Of a stretch of DNA of 64,000 nucleotides, positions 40,086-54,361 are shown in pieces (within the stretch, counting starts at the first letter, position 1; every line of letters begins with the position of its first letter). The stretch is from Octopus sinensis (lineage: Eukaryota): positions 40,746,464-40,810,463 of the forward strand of contig NC_043011.1 of the NCBI RefSeq assembly GCF_006345805.1, in the 5' to 3' direction. Both the position numbers and the translations under genes were made by a program. The notes beneath the pieces were generated by a model. It was given only the letters and a program-made list of their open reading frames with translations, did not search any database and had not been told where the DNA came from.

Positions 40086-40760
40086 GCATGTTCACGATTC
40101 TGTCAGCATATTACTTTTTTCTTTCCTAGAATATTTTACTTGCAACAAATATGAGATATTTAAAGATTTTACGTAACGGAAAATCTGTCAAATATAACAT
40201 TAATTTTATACAGAATCTCGAAAGAATTCGAACTCAGATGGCATACGTAACCTCCTTGAATTTTTTGACAAAGTTAAGGTGTGAGTAGGAGGGAGAGTTG
40301 GCTGCTTTTACTAGCATACATATCTTCCACATACACATAACTCATCTCGCATCAGCTGTGGGATATTGATTGTTTTATTCTGATCCCGTTCTTCAAAATG
40401 TTTTTTCTGCTTTTCCCCGACCTCTTCCCTTTGTTTACGTTACCCGCTCACTCATGTTGCTCCTTTGACATTACATTAATGATGAAAGTCAATAGGTTAC
40501 ATATGCCAGAAGACTACTGCGCGGTTTGTTATATATACAAGCTCAGTCGTTACATGCAATAAACGGACATACGTACAATGCGTATATTTGCATACTTATA
40601 ACGTACAAATATGCATAGTACGTGGGTACATACATATATATGTATACACATGTATACATCCATAGCATTTGGTAAATTTGATTGAAATATCAAGCAGAAC
40701 AGTATTCAAATAGAAATCAACATGTCATGTGCAATTATTTGAAATCACGCTACACACACA

Positions 40761-40816
<56 letters not shown>

Positions 40817-41104
40817 TTGCAACAACAAGCATACAGAAAATTAATTGACAGACTGGTTCAGAATGTAGAAACATATTGATAATCGTTAAGATTGCAGTCA
40901 CCTACTAGCAATATGACCTTAGGTATGTATCGTAGACCACATTTGCCATAATGCATGCAAGAAAGTACACACACACACACACACCACACATTTGTACACA
41001 CGGAACACAGTACAGAGTCGACATTGTAATAAACGTGAAAAATAGTTTAGAAAACAAATTAGAAAATACACAGTTATTATGTGTTTGTGTGCGTTTGAAT
41101 CTCC

Positions 41105-41921
<817 letters not shown>

Positions 41922-42028
41922 CATACGTGTGCGTGTGTACACTTACACACACACAAACACTCATACACACACGGCACACACACACACGCGCACACACACA
42001 CATGCACACACACACACATATGTATATA

Positions 42029-42870
42029 CAAGATGCGGACGGTATTTGAGGACAGATTTAATGTTTTAAAAACCCCCACTAGTTTTATAAAAATAACGTA
42101 AAGCTAGGTTATCTATTTAATCATTTCATTCATCAAAACCGCCATAAGCATTAATAACTGCCTCCACCCGGGTTCGAAATCATTTAGAAGCTCGGATTAA
42201 GTGGTCCTTGTTCATCTCGGACATAACTATGGCGGCTTTCAAATAATCATTGGTGCTATGGGGGTGTTCACTGGCATTTTTCTCAACGAGGCTCCATGCA
42301 TGGTAGGCCAGTGGATTGAGATATGGAGAATTAGGAGGTCATATGTTGAGGGTGATGTGATCATGCAAATTGTCGGCCATCCATTCTTGTGTCATTTGAA
42401 CCTTGTGTGACCGTGCAGAATCTTGTTGAAAGGCAAACGGCCTTCCATTGCATATACTGCTGATCCAAGGCTGAACAACTTTATCCAGAACCTCAATATA
42501 CGCAGTAGCACTCACCATAACGCCTTGTGGAAAAAAGGGAAGAGGCATGACATGTCCTGCATTGTTAATAACACCCATAACCATGACACTTGCAGGAAAT
42601 TTTGTGTCATTTCTTGCTTGTTTTCTGACCCTGTACAAAGATTTTCTCACCTGAGAAAGATCAAATCACACAATCTTCTGATGGATTTTTAAGTTTGTTC
42701 AAAAATCTTTTGGATATGATTAAATGGTTTTCTTTTGCTTTCTCTGACATGAATTGACCTTCCCTCACGTAAAATTTGTATCTGATGTCTTCATACACAA
42801 CATTTCTGATTGTTTTTTTTCTGACACGAATTTTCTTTTGCAATTGACTTTATTGATTTTCCTGGATTGC
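42029..42870 (-). mobile_element. maT (DD37D) Tc1/mariner transposon remnant, 5'-truncated
   Basis: GNPGKSIKSIAKE..TIRNVVYEDIRYKFYVREGQFMSEKAKENHL; TKFPASVMVMGVINNAGHVMP..FQQDSARSHK..*PPNSPYLNPLAY..FRTRVEAVINAYGGFDE* (stop at 42126); TA-flanked 3' TIR at 42029. Confidence 0.92.
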
Positions 42871-43532
42871 CTTCAAGTGATGCCTTTTAACACCTCCGTC
42901 GGTTTTTTTTCTTCACCTCCTCCACATCTGCAAATTCCATAGCACCAGCTATCCTTACTGATGACCTTCGAAAAAGTACCGGATCAACTTACAACTGTTC
43001 TTTCAGTTCATGATACGCATTTAGTCGTAACTGCTTTTCATCTTCCGTGAGCAAGCGAAGCTCAAATTTTGTTGAAACTCTTTCGATTCGCAATTCCTCG
43101 CTCAAAATTCGTTGGCATGAGTTCCAGAACATACCAATCATATCAACAAGTCGTCAATTGTTCGGTGACGGTCCTCATGATTTTTCATGATGGTTTCATA
43201 CGTTTGGGAGGTTGACGGACGCCTTGAACAAAGCTGGTCTTCAAGCGACAAGTGATCATTCCTAAAGCGTGGAAACCACTCTGCATTCTTGTAAGCTATT
43301 CAAAGCGTGGCAACTCTTTCGGCTGCCGTTTTCCCCAGCAGAAAACAGAATTTCACGGAAGCCTGCTGTTCCTTCGTTTCAGCTATCGCAAAATCGACGA
43401 AGAGGAGAGAAGCAATGCAAGACAAAGATGCATCACGTGGCAGTATGACTTCACTGGACGCCGCCGCTTCTAACGAAATACAACGGGCTTGTCCCACAGA
43501 ATACGATTCCGGTTACTTTTGAGTACTTCTCT
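42871..43532 (-). mobile_element. Mariner (DD34D-type) remnant with internal deletion, 3'-truncated
   Basis: 5' TIR GAGAAGTACTCAAAAGTAACCGGAAT after TA; EQQASVKFCFLLGKTAAE, SCQRILSEELRIERV, SWCYG, then a jump to FADVEEVKKKTTEVLKGI. Confidence 0.9.
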
Positions 43533-43829
43533 TACATATGTATTGTATGTATATATCTATGTATGTGCGTTTGTGTTTGTGTATTTGTGAGTGTGACAAA
43601 CGGTATTGGTTTGTTTTTGTTCCCGTAATTTAGGTGTCCAGCAAAAAAGAAGGGCCCTGCAGAAATACCAGACTTAGAAAAATTGGTTTCGATTTGTTCG
43701 ACTGAAACCCCTCGAGATGGTGCACTAGCATGGGCGCCGTCCAAAGACTTAAATAAAAGATAAAACATTTACAACAATTAAATATTTCTGTTCCTAAGTA
43801 TCTTTTTTTTTTTATTTCATTTACTTTCC

Positions 43830-44420
43830 ATGAATTGGAAGATCTTATTTACGGTTGGTGAACCCTTGAAAACAGTTTGCACTTCTAGCATCGGTAGCGT
43901 CTTTCAAACCATTTTTAAAGTGTTCTTTCTCCCAGATTGGCAATTATCCCATTCGAATAAATGATACCATTTCTAACCAGTCTCTACAAAGCGTGACGAT
44001 GATTCCGTATGATCTGTTCATGATAATATAATTCAAAGGAATATGGTCGCCTGTTCGAAGCCAATAATGTCTTTATTTATTAACTCTGCCCAGTGTCTCA
44101 TACGTTTTATGTTGATAGATCTGAATGAGATCACTGGAATATAAAGTTCGATCATTTGTCTCTTGATGTTTCCCGATATTTTTTACACGCATGACTTCTT
44201 CGGCTTTTGCTAAATGGTTTCACTTGTGAAAGACGACAATGTGGTCTGTATGCTTTATCTCTTCTTGTGTACCCTTTTTTGCCAAGTCAACTCTTTTTCT
44301 GTTTCCTCTAAGTTTTACAATGTCCAGATAACGAAACTACTGTTACTTGTTTATTATTTTTCGCTGTATCGAGTTTTAGGAGAATGTTCTCAGTTTTCTG
44401 TTTTTAATCCAACATTCTTT
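43830..44420 (-). mobile_element. Highly decayed LINE reverse-transcriptase fragment
   Basis: Ordered motifs across frameshifts: GLKTEN, QKGY.R, TDHIVV, SF.SIN, ETG(V)R.G; many stops. Confidence 0.45.
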
Positions 44421-45219
44421 TTCGATTGAAAATGTTTCTAGGTTCGATAGATTACTAATGAATAGAAGAACAATTGCTGTTACTAATATATAAAGATGTC
44501 TTCCAACTCTTTTTATACGTAATTTATGTATATTTATTTCTTTAAAAAGGTTTTAAATAATGATGTTCAAGTTGGTCGCTAACAACGTGACAAGACTTTT
44601 GAGTGAAGAGAGTTCCTGGCGTTAGTAAATATGTTATTCTGTTATTGTGTGCGTATATGATGGTTCTGTTTTGGCCAAGTCTCTTTAGTACTAAGGTATT
44701 TTTGTGTAAGTGTCTGTACGTCACCTTTTTTCATTTGTGTCACAGCCAAGTGTGTGCATATATTAATTTAAAGAATCTCAGATGGAGTATCTTTGGAATG
44801 CCATACTAATTGCCATTGTGCCGATGGGATGTGGAGGATACATGTCAGCTTCATGTGTTATCTTTTAGAAAATGCAAGCATTTCTACGTATATGTATGTA
44901 TGTATGTATGTAAGTATGTATGTATGTATGTATGTATGTATGTATGTATGTATGTATGTATGTATGTATGTATGTATGTATGTATGTATGTATGTATGCA
45001 TGCTTTCTTCTCTTTTTAATCATTTGAATTCTTCCTCTGAAGAAGGAGCCAGATTCTAAGAAAGATACAAAGCTTCATCGTTGGAATTTAGATAACGAAA
45101 ACAATGCCACATTTTAAACTTGACAAAAGTTTTCCATATTTTTATTGTTCCACTTACAGATAGTATTTGTAAAGTGCAAGTTAGCTAGTTACTTTCGTTT
45201 TCTGAAAATCCAAAATTAT

Positions 45220-45780
45220 CCAATCTGTCGCCACGCCCCTAGAAAACGCATCAAGTCAAGTCCAATGTCAAGACGGCGCCATTTGTTTGATTGATACGAA
45301 AGGAACAGTCGACATAGAATTTGTTCCTCTTGGTCAAACTGCTAACCAGACATTTTACTTGGAAGTTCTGAAGCGTTTGCGAGACGCGGTGAGACGAAAA
45401 CGCCCTGACTTGTAGGAAAGTGGAAAATGGCTGTTTCATCCCGACAATTCGCCTGCAGACATCGCTTTGAGTGTGTGACAACTTTTGCGAAAACTCGCAT
45501 GGCCTCGCTTACCCACTTTCCCCTTCGACATTTTCTGTTCTCTCGAATGAAAAAAGTCCTTAAAGGAAAATATTTTGCAGGTGTGAAAGAAGTGGAAAAA
45601 AATACAACAACAAAAAAAGAAACAAAAAACAAAGGCGTTGAAAGGCACCACTTCGCAAGAGTTCCAGCACTGTTTCGAACAGTGGTAAAGGTGACTGGGC
45701 CAATGGGAGAATACTTTGAAAACGATAAAAATGTAAATATGTAAAACTAAGTGAATAAAATAATATTGCAAAATTCTTAT
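45220..45780 (+). mobile_element. Mariner transposase C-terminal half remnant
   Basis: QVKSNVK..EFVPLGQTANQTFYLEVLKRLRDAVRRKRPDL..WLFHPDNSPA..FLFSRMKKVLKGKYF..FQHCFEQW..NGEYFEND. Confidence 0.9.
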
Positions 45781-45785
45781 ATGAC

Positions 45786-46190
45786 TGCTGTATAGTAAGG
45801 AGTTTCCTTTTCAACTACATAGTTCCGGGTTGGGCCCACTGCGTGGTACCTCGGGCAAGTGACTTCTGTTATAGCCTCGGATCGGCCAAAGCCTTATATT
45901 TGGGTTTGGTTGACGGAAACTGAAAGAAACTTGTTGGGTCTCTGTGTGTGTATGTGCTTGCGTGTGTGTGTGTGTGTGTGTTTGTGTTTGTCCCCACCAC
46001 TGCTCCTTGACAACCGATGTGGTGTGTTTACAACCCCTTAACTTAGCGGTTCCGCAAAAGAGACCGATAGAATAAGTACCAGTTTTTTTTTTTAATAGGT
46101 ACTTGTTTCGATTCTTTGGGCTAAAGAGTTTCTATGCGGTGCTGCAGCATGGCCGTAGTCTAATGACTGAAACAAAGTAAAAGAAAAAAG
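45786..46190 (+). mobile_element. SINE family B
   Basis: Head, core and tail recognisable; abuts the mariner 3' end. Confidence 0.85.
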
Positions 46191-46804
46191 GTAATAACAA
46201 ACAGTGGAAAAGTTTCTCCGTAAATGTTCCTATTTGAGCGCTTGACTATAGACTGTGTCACAAGTAATGGGCAAAATGTGATTCGTGGTGTCTCATCAAA
46301 GCGTAACACCAACTTCGACGATTGTTAATTGCAGTGTTCTTGACTGCTTGTCTTAAATACTTCTATATGACATCACCCTATTCAATGTAGATCCATGCAA
46401 TACCAGTAGTTAAGAGGCATATGAATTACGAAAGGACAAATGTAGCATTACACGACACCGCATTTAAAGCAGACATCTTAATACACTAAATCTACGTTGT
46501 TTAAAGAAACTATCTTGTTGCAATTATGCAGAGAGACAATAAAAGAAATTAGCTGCCGAATAATAGTTTTTATTATTTAAGCATGAATGGGAGATAAATC
46601 TGGATATATTTAAGTCATAATATGAACTCATTAGTATTGTATAGATTGCAGTATCATTACTGATGAAGTGTTGGTAGAATAAGTATGCGCAAGAATACAC
46701 GCTGGAAGCTGTAGAAAATTGGAATTGTCAGGAAAATAACTCTCTGTCTGAGGTTCCTGGAATTGATATATATACACTCAATTATATATTTATTTATTTT
46801 TATT

Positions 46805-47108
46805 TATGCGCCCTTTTCAAGTCTGGCCACGCTCATGGGCCCGGTTTCCCGGTTTCTATGGCGTATGTGTTCCCCCACTGGAAGAGACGCCAGTCCATCG
46901 CAGCGTTACTCAAGAAACATGAATAAAGAGTGAGAGAAAGTTGGGGCGAAAGAGTACAACAGGGGTCGCTAACACCCCCCTGCCGGAGCCTCGTGGAGCT
47001 TTAGGTGCTGTCGCTCAATAAACACACACAACGCCCGGTCTGGGAATCGAAACTGCGAACCTTCGACCGCGAGTCCGCTGCCCTAAACACTGGACCATTG
47101 CGCCTCCA
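46805..47108 (-). mobile_element. SINE family A variant
   Basis: Close reverse complement of 54362-54692. Confidence 0.9.
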
Positions 47109-49528
47109 TATACACACAATTACATTTTGTAAATAGCATATATATATAACGCCCAGTTATGCACACTCGTGTGCTAAACAGACACGGGCAAACACTACAT
47201 AAATGAGAGCATATCTACTTGTATATTGCTGCATATGCTAAAGAACTCTGACATCAATTTCGTTCAACTAGACAACCAATTATTAAATTAGTGTGGAAAG
47301 TGGCTGAGTATTCCACAGACATGTGCACCTCTAACGCAATTCTCAGTTTGAATTAGCGAGGCAAAGTTTGCAACAAGGCTTAGCTTTTAAATTACAGGTC
47401 CACTCCAACCGGCGCATCTCTGTACAATTTGCGGTTACTCTAATTCACTCACATGGTTTGTTTGAGCCCCCACCAGTGCATTCGAACGTGGAACATCATA
47501 GCAGCGAAGCGCACTTCCTATTTAACCTATCATCTGTGCCTGAATCCACACACCAAACGAGCAGATACTGGCTCACTCATATGCTCAGTAGCCCTTTCAT
47601 GTGCCTTGACTCGAGCGAAAAACGACCTTGTAGATATTCCTACACGAAAACAGAGGTGGAATTTGTGTTGGTAAATTATATTAAATAGAGTATATTTAAA
47701 AAGGATTGTCTAGAAATGATTATGTGTTAATTATTAATATTACTGTGATGTGACTCTGTATGTATAGCTGTAATGTATGTAAGCATAGCATGCAGAGTCT
47801 AGAGATTTATTGATTCTCATGTATAAAAATTAATGTCGGCAAAAAGATGAATAAAGCAGACGATACTAACACATACAGATAAATAAAATATTCTTCGTGC
47901 TTGTCGACATAAAGTTAGCAAAATAAATAAATGCATAAATGAATTAAAATATTAGCAAAATATAAGCAAAAGTATAATAAAATATTGACAAGAGAATAAA
48001 TATTGATTTTTCTTTACTGTGTAATTATTTCCAGTTAACTTTCTAATAATCATAAATTGTCATATGCACAGTGAACAGCGACTTGAATAAATATTCTTAA
48101 TACGTTCTGGTAGATTCGAACGTGAATATGCTAAGCGTCGTTGTGTACATCACTCGAGAGCAGCTTCATAACACACTTGAGTACATGACGATTTATTTAT
48201 TATTAGAAAGCATTAGAGGACAGATTGTTCACTGAAAGGATAAACAAATCTAAAGGTTCTTGTTAGATTCATTGGTCTGGGGTGCTTCTGGCTGACGAGA
48301 CACAAGGATGATGACACAAGGCTGTCCAAGAATACCCTGTATTAATGAATCGACCGTATTATGAACACATATTCCTTGCAAAAGAGAAGTTGTTCACCTC
48401 TGACAAATACAACAATGATTATCAAATTTATAGTCGAATCTGCCGGAATGTATTTTGAATAGATACGCAAATAATCGTTTTTATTGATCTTTACAAACTC
48501 AAAAACGTCATCCATATTTATATGGATGACGTTTTTTAGTTTTTAAGACTCTAAGCAATTCTAGTTTCTGTTTTAATTATTGAACGCCACACGAGGTACA
48601 TTCTTTTGCATTTAATTAGTGATGGTTCTATAGGCAAATGTAGGGGTACAAAGAGGTCTATACTTTCCCAATGTGGGCAGAATGAGATCAAAATACTAAA
48701 ATAGACGCAAAAATCCTCAATATGGATGACAAATCCTCCCATTCAGAAAAATGGGGATAAATCCGGTATTCATAGTAGTATACCAATTATAAAGATTACA
48801 ACATGAAAAACATAATATTCATTGAAAAATAACAAAAACTGATAACTGCATTTAAATTTATTATTTGGCGTCAAATTTTCGCCGCACTAACTGTGACCTG
48901 GTCACTCACATGGGTCCACTGCAACGGATTTCAGGCGATGTATTTCTATTTTCAAAAATCAGTGAATGTATTTCACTTGAAATATATATGCTCTCAAAGG
49001 CGGATAGGCATCGACTGCTAGCAGGCCATGCTACTCCAGACTGATGGCTTTGCTGGGTGGAGGTGCTTGTCTCCACTTTGAAAACATAAGGACACAGGAA
49101 ATGCATCAATTTCAACAGGAAATGGTGTTTCCTAGGGCTAAATAACAGTAGCATTTTTCACTTTCATGGAGCTGTCACGTTAATTTGACAACATACTATC
49201 ACTTTATCATGCTGCTACTGCATAAATCTCTCTAAGAGATTTAGAAATGTATTATTACCCAAGGTGCCACACAGTGGGACTGAACCCGGGACAATGTGTT
49301 GGTAAGCAAGCTACTTACCACACAGCTGCATCTATATATGTATATATATATATATATATTATATATATAATATATATATATTATTATATGTATGCATGTA
49401 TGTATGTGTGTGTGTTAATATATGTATATATATATGTATATATATATATATGTATATATGTGTGTGTCTGTCTGCGTGTGTGTCTGTCTGCGTGTGCGTC
49501 TGTATAATTACAGCGTGAAAGACTATTC

Positions 49529-49882
49529 GTGGCACACCGTCGGTTACGACGACGAGGGTTTCAGTTGATCCGATCAACGGTACAGCCTGCTCATGAAATT
49601 AACGATCACTTCTCAGACATCTGTACCCTTAACGTAGTTCTCGGGGAGATTCAACGTGACACAGAGTGTGACAAGACTGGCCCTTTGAAAAACAGGAACG
49701 ACAGAAAGAGGAAGAAAGAGTGGCAGAAAGTTGTGGAGAAAGAGTACAACAGGGTTCGCCACCATCTCCTGCCGGAGCCTCGTGGGGCTTTAGGTGTTTT
49801 CGCTCAATAAACACTCAAAATGCCCGGTCAGGGACTCGAAACCGCGAGTCCGCTGCCCTAACCACTGGGTCGTTGCGCCCCC
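49529..49882 (-). mobile_element. SINE family A
   Basis: Closely similar to 35491-35876. Confidence 0.85.
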
Positions 49883-50647
49883 ACGAAAGACAATCATCAT
49901 TCAAACAGTCAGTCAAACATTTATTGCCAAAATTTTCGTGACACTAATTGCTACCTGATCACTGCTGTGGACTCACTGCAATTCATTTACGAAACAAGTC
50001 TACATCTGTGTCACGTTGAATCTCCCCGAGAACTACGTTAAGGGTACAAATGTCTGAGAATCGCTCGAAACAAGTATATATTAGTTATGTGCTTCTGTAA
50101 AATTTAAGTGCGATCTCTATACAAAACGCCGAGGAAGAGAGAAAAACAATTGCTCACGGTAATATATATCAGGTTCCAGATATCATTATAATGCTAAAAT
50201 ATACTATGGCGAAATCCTGAGAAATTTACAGCTATAACACAGGGATTATAGAGCTGTACTTCTAATTATTGCGTTACCTGCTGGTGTAGCTAACTGCCTT
50301 AGTAGTCATCATATAAAAGTTGCTTTCACAAAATTTACAAGAATTCGGTTAATTAGAAAATAATAATTGGAAGCCGTTAATGGAAAACTACAAAGAACTG
50401 TGGAACATGGCAGAGATTTAGACTGTCGAAGAGAATGTTCAATGCAAAAAACATATACAGTAACACACGTACACGCCCTCAAACACATGCATCTATGTAT
50501 ACAAACTCCGCCCGAAAGCGTAAGTTGCAAGATATATATATATATATATAAGAACATGCAATGAAGTACCTACAAATGTGCATATGTACAGATATGTGTA
50601 TGTAAATATATGTATATATATGTATATATATATATATATGGGTGTGG

Positions 50648-50684
<37 letters not shown>

Positions 50685-50789
50685 ATATATGTATATATAT
50701 GTATATATATATATATATATATATACGTATACATAAATATATATGTATAAATGTATATGAATATATATATATGTATATCTATCTATCTG

Positions 50790-50839
<50 letters not shown>

Positions 50840-51152
50840 AATCTACCTATCTATTCATCTATCTATTTATTTATCTATCTGTCTATCTGTCTGTCTGTAT
50901 GTTTGTCTATCTATCTATATATATATATATCTATCTATCTGTCTAACCCTCCCTCTCTCTCTATATATATATTCATATATGCATATGTATATATGCACAT
51001 ATGTATACATTATATACATACATAGCTAGATATAAGATATATACGTGTGTATATATTTATAGGAGTGGATGTGCATGTATATATATATATATATATATAT
51101 ACATATGAGTGTATATATATATATATACATATGAGTGTATATATATATATAT

Positions 51153-51203
<51 letters not shown>

Positions 51204-51609
51204 TTAATGTTGGTCCACCATGGCTCAGATATAAGGACAAGTTGATGGGTAATTTCTCAACAGTCGCTATATCATCACCCTTGAGCAACCGGCCTTAAAG
51301 CGAACAAAATGGAGATCATTATATCCAAATGGTGTAAGAGATTTTGTTTCAACCCGCACTAACAGGCTTAGGCGTGCAAGGCAAAGGAGAAAAGCAGCTG
51401 TAAATACACAACCTGCTCTACCCCGTAATTTTAATACATGCTTGTTTGGAAATTATTGGTGGAACTCAAACGTGACATTCGACATAAGCTTTATGATTGA
51501 AAAACAAAGTGTAGGTTGTTGGATCCTCATACATCGAAAGCAACGGAGAGTCCATCATATGTGTGTATGTGCGTGTATGTGTTGTGTGTGTGTGTGAGTG
51601 TGTGTGTGT

Positions 51610-51648
<39 letters not shown>

Positions 51649-51779
51649 TGTGTGTGTGTTTGTGTGCATATACAGCATTGGCCTGAAGTATAAAGCAACC
51701 ATGTCAAATATAAATATTTGAATTCGCATTGCTTCAAACATAAAAAATATATAATTTACAATCATATATTACATTCAAG

Positions 51780-52070
51780 TGGAGGCGCAATGGCCTAGTG
51801 CTTAGGGCAGCGGACTCACGGTCGTAGGATCGCGGTTTCGATTCTCAGACCGGGAGTTGTGAGTGTTTATTGAGCGAAAACATCTAAAGCTCCACGAGGC
51901 TCCGGCAATCCCTGCTGTACTCTATCGCCACAACTTTCTCTCATTCTTTCTTCTGTTGGTCTGCTCGCGTAGCCAGCGGGGTGGCGTCATTTGAAGGCTA
52001 AAACAATGCGAAGCAGATTGAGACCAGCGATGTGTAACAACATCTGATAGCCTGGTCGGTCACGGTGATA
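51780..52070 (+). mobile_element. SINE family A with alternative tail
   Basis: A box TGGCCTAGTGC and B box GGTTTCGATTC; tail also at 60335-60450 (minus) and ~3930-4020. Confidence 0.85.
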
Positions 52071-52235
52071 TTACATTCATATATTAACATTTTATATAAT
52101 ACTGGATAAAATTTGGTGAAACTTATATGTGAATCTATCTAATAAATAGGTCATGATATGCAACATAATTCTTGCAGGTAAATCTGTATTTTAGGATTTA
52201 TTCATAATAAGCTGTTGGGTATTATCTGGAGATGA

Positions 52236-53742
52236 ATGATGCCAAAAACTAAGGATCTTGTAGTGCCACAGTGAGACCAGATAAACCTCCTCCTTAAACA
52301 ATGATTATCACCGGTGTAAATTGCGGAAAAAATGAAATGCTCACGATTCGCTGTGCAGACGACAATGAATAGATTTAAGGAGACTGGAATCTTCACGTCA
52401 AGAATAAAATGTGGAAGAAAACGATTTACTAAACCTCGAGAAGACCGATTACTGGTTCGGACATCTCTCAGCAACCGCTGATAAATTTCATCAATTAAGC
52501 CTACACATCAAAAATATCACCAAGAACAACAAGAAGAAATCTTCATGAACATTGTCTGAAAGGCTGTGAAGCGAGGAAAAAACCCTGGATTTTTTAAGTC
52601 AACAAAACAAAACGCCTTCAGCGGGCCAAAATTCACCAAAACTGGACTTCTTCACAGTAGTGAAACGTCATTTAATAAGATGAAAGTATTTATCTTTATA
52701 TATAAAATTGAAGTTGGGTGTGTGAGACTCTGTCTCCTCCGATTTAGATTCCTAACTACTCCCACATTTTGCGGTGCAGTTTAACCAAAAGCGAATATCT
52801 TATAGTCGTCATTCATATCGAGCCCTTCTGGGTATTAGCGCGCGCCTACGATGAGTCTACGATTAAAAAAAATTTACCATCATTCTCCGCATTTTTAATG
52901 ATTTTTGCTCGGGTTATATAAGGGAAGTAACTCTCTAAAAATGCTTATATAGTTATTTCCCTTACAAACCCGAGCAACGCCGAGCGATACTGCTAGTCAG
53001 TTATATAATTTGAGCTATACTCTTGTTTTTTCACATGTATAAAGTAATTTCATTTCTAATCCTGACTTGCAATGGATGTTTTAAAAGGCCATGTTTAAAC
53101 TATTTATTTCCAGCTTTTCAATACACCTGGTGCAACTTATGCAAGGAGACGGGTTGGAGAGGCCTATAACTCCAATTGTGAAGCATGGCGGTGGTTCCAT
53201 CATGCTGCGGGAAGACATGTCCTCAATAGAGGCACGAAATATGTTTTAGTGTGATGAAAGAATTGATTAAACGAACTACGCGTCCATGCTGGATCAAGTT
53301 TTGGAGCCCTCAATTCATCAGTTACTTTCAAATACATCTGGAATTGAAGTATTATTTCAACAAGACAATGTACCATGTCATACCTACTGCCAAACCAAAT
53401 ATTGGCTCCCTGGAAAGGCTTTACTCCAATAGACTGGCCACGCCAGAGCACCGGCCTAGATCATAATGAATATCTTTGGGGGTTACTTGGGAAAACTATT
53501 GGAAGCAAAAAATAAGCACAATTGTTTGAAACATTAGAAAATTACTACGTGAGGGATTCCTGGGGCTAAATTACAGCAACATTCGTCCTAAACCAGGATT
53601 GCCATGTTATGTTGGCAAAAATCTTTGTTTGAAACATCACAAGCAGCATATGAGAGCATAACACCAGAAGAAAGTAACACTCCTATGACATCCAAAAATT
53701 ATTGCAGTCATTAAAGCCAAAGTAGGTTCCATTAAGTATTAA
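52236..53742 (+). pseudogene. Tc1-family (DD34E) transposase pseudogene, interrupted by a Helitron, an intron-like segment and a 90-bp insert
   Basis: MMPKTKDL..NRFKETG..GRKRFTKPREDRLLVR..RKKP..DES; LFNTPGATYARRRVGEAY; KHGGGSIM; FQQDNVPCH; DWPRQS..NEYLW; IAVIKAKVGSIKY*. Confidence 0.92.
52693..52996 (+). mobile_element. Non-autonomous Helitron (304 bp)
   Basis: 5' TC, 3' CTAG, inserted between A (52692) and T (52997) with no TSD; CCCGAGCAACGCCGAGCG just before the 3' end; internal IR AAGGGAAGTAACT/AGTTATTTCCCTT. Confidence 0.8.
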
Positions 53743-53874
53743 ATTATGTAAAAATAAAATATTTTTGCATTGCTATATTTTTATTGTCCTAATTTAGCCA
53801 CATACCTTAAAAGTAATTCATTTTGATGGGTGTTTTATACTTCTAGCTAAGGCCATGAATATAATATATATATA

Positions 53875-53907
<33 letters not shown>

Positions 53908-54361
53908 CCAGATATGGCATATAATTATATATATATACCAGATATACATTTTCCCATTATTTAAACAATAAATTGCCCATTATTCAAAGAATAATTCAAA
54001 CATTTATATATTCGCAAAAAGAATTGCAAATGTTGTATAACGCTTCTCGTAATACTTTTGTTGTTTTATTGTTTATCCTTAAGTAAATACGATGGCGCAA
54101 AAAAGACCTGAACAAATTGAACCATTGATAATACCAGGTGTAAAGAATTGTGATGTGATAAAACAGTGAAATGTTTGCCGAAATGTGTGAAAATGTTTCA
54201 AGAGGTGTAAACCAGCTCACCTAATCCAGTTTGATGAAAAAGCCGTTCTACTTGTATCAGGTTGATCACTGTAATGGTCAATAAGAGCGTGAAGAAAAAC
54301 TCATTAAGAAGCTTGAGGAAGTTGGCAAAAGCGCTATATATTTTCGGCTATGTTGATAAGA

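Noticed and set aside
44500-44880. Possible Penelope RT or second LINE RT fragment
   Set aside because: Two incompatible weak readings; neither is supportable.
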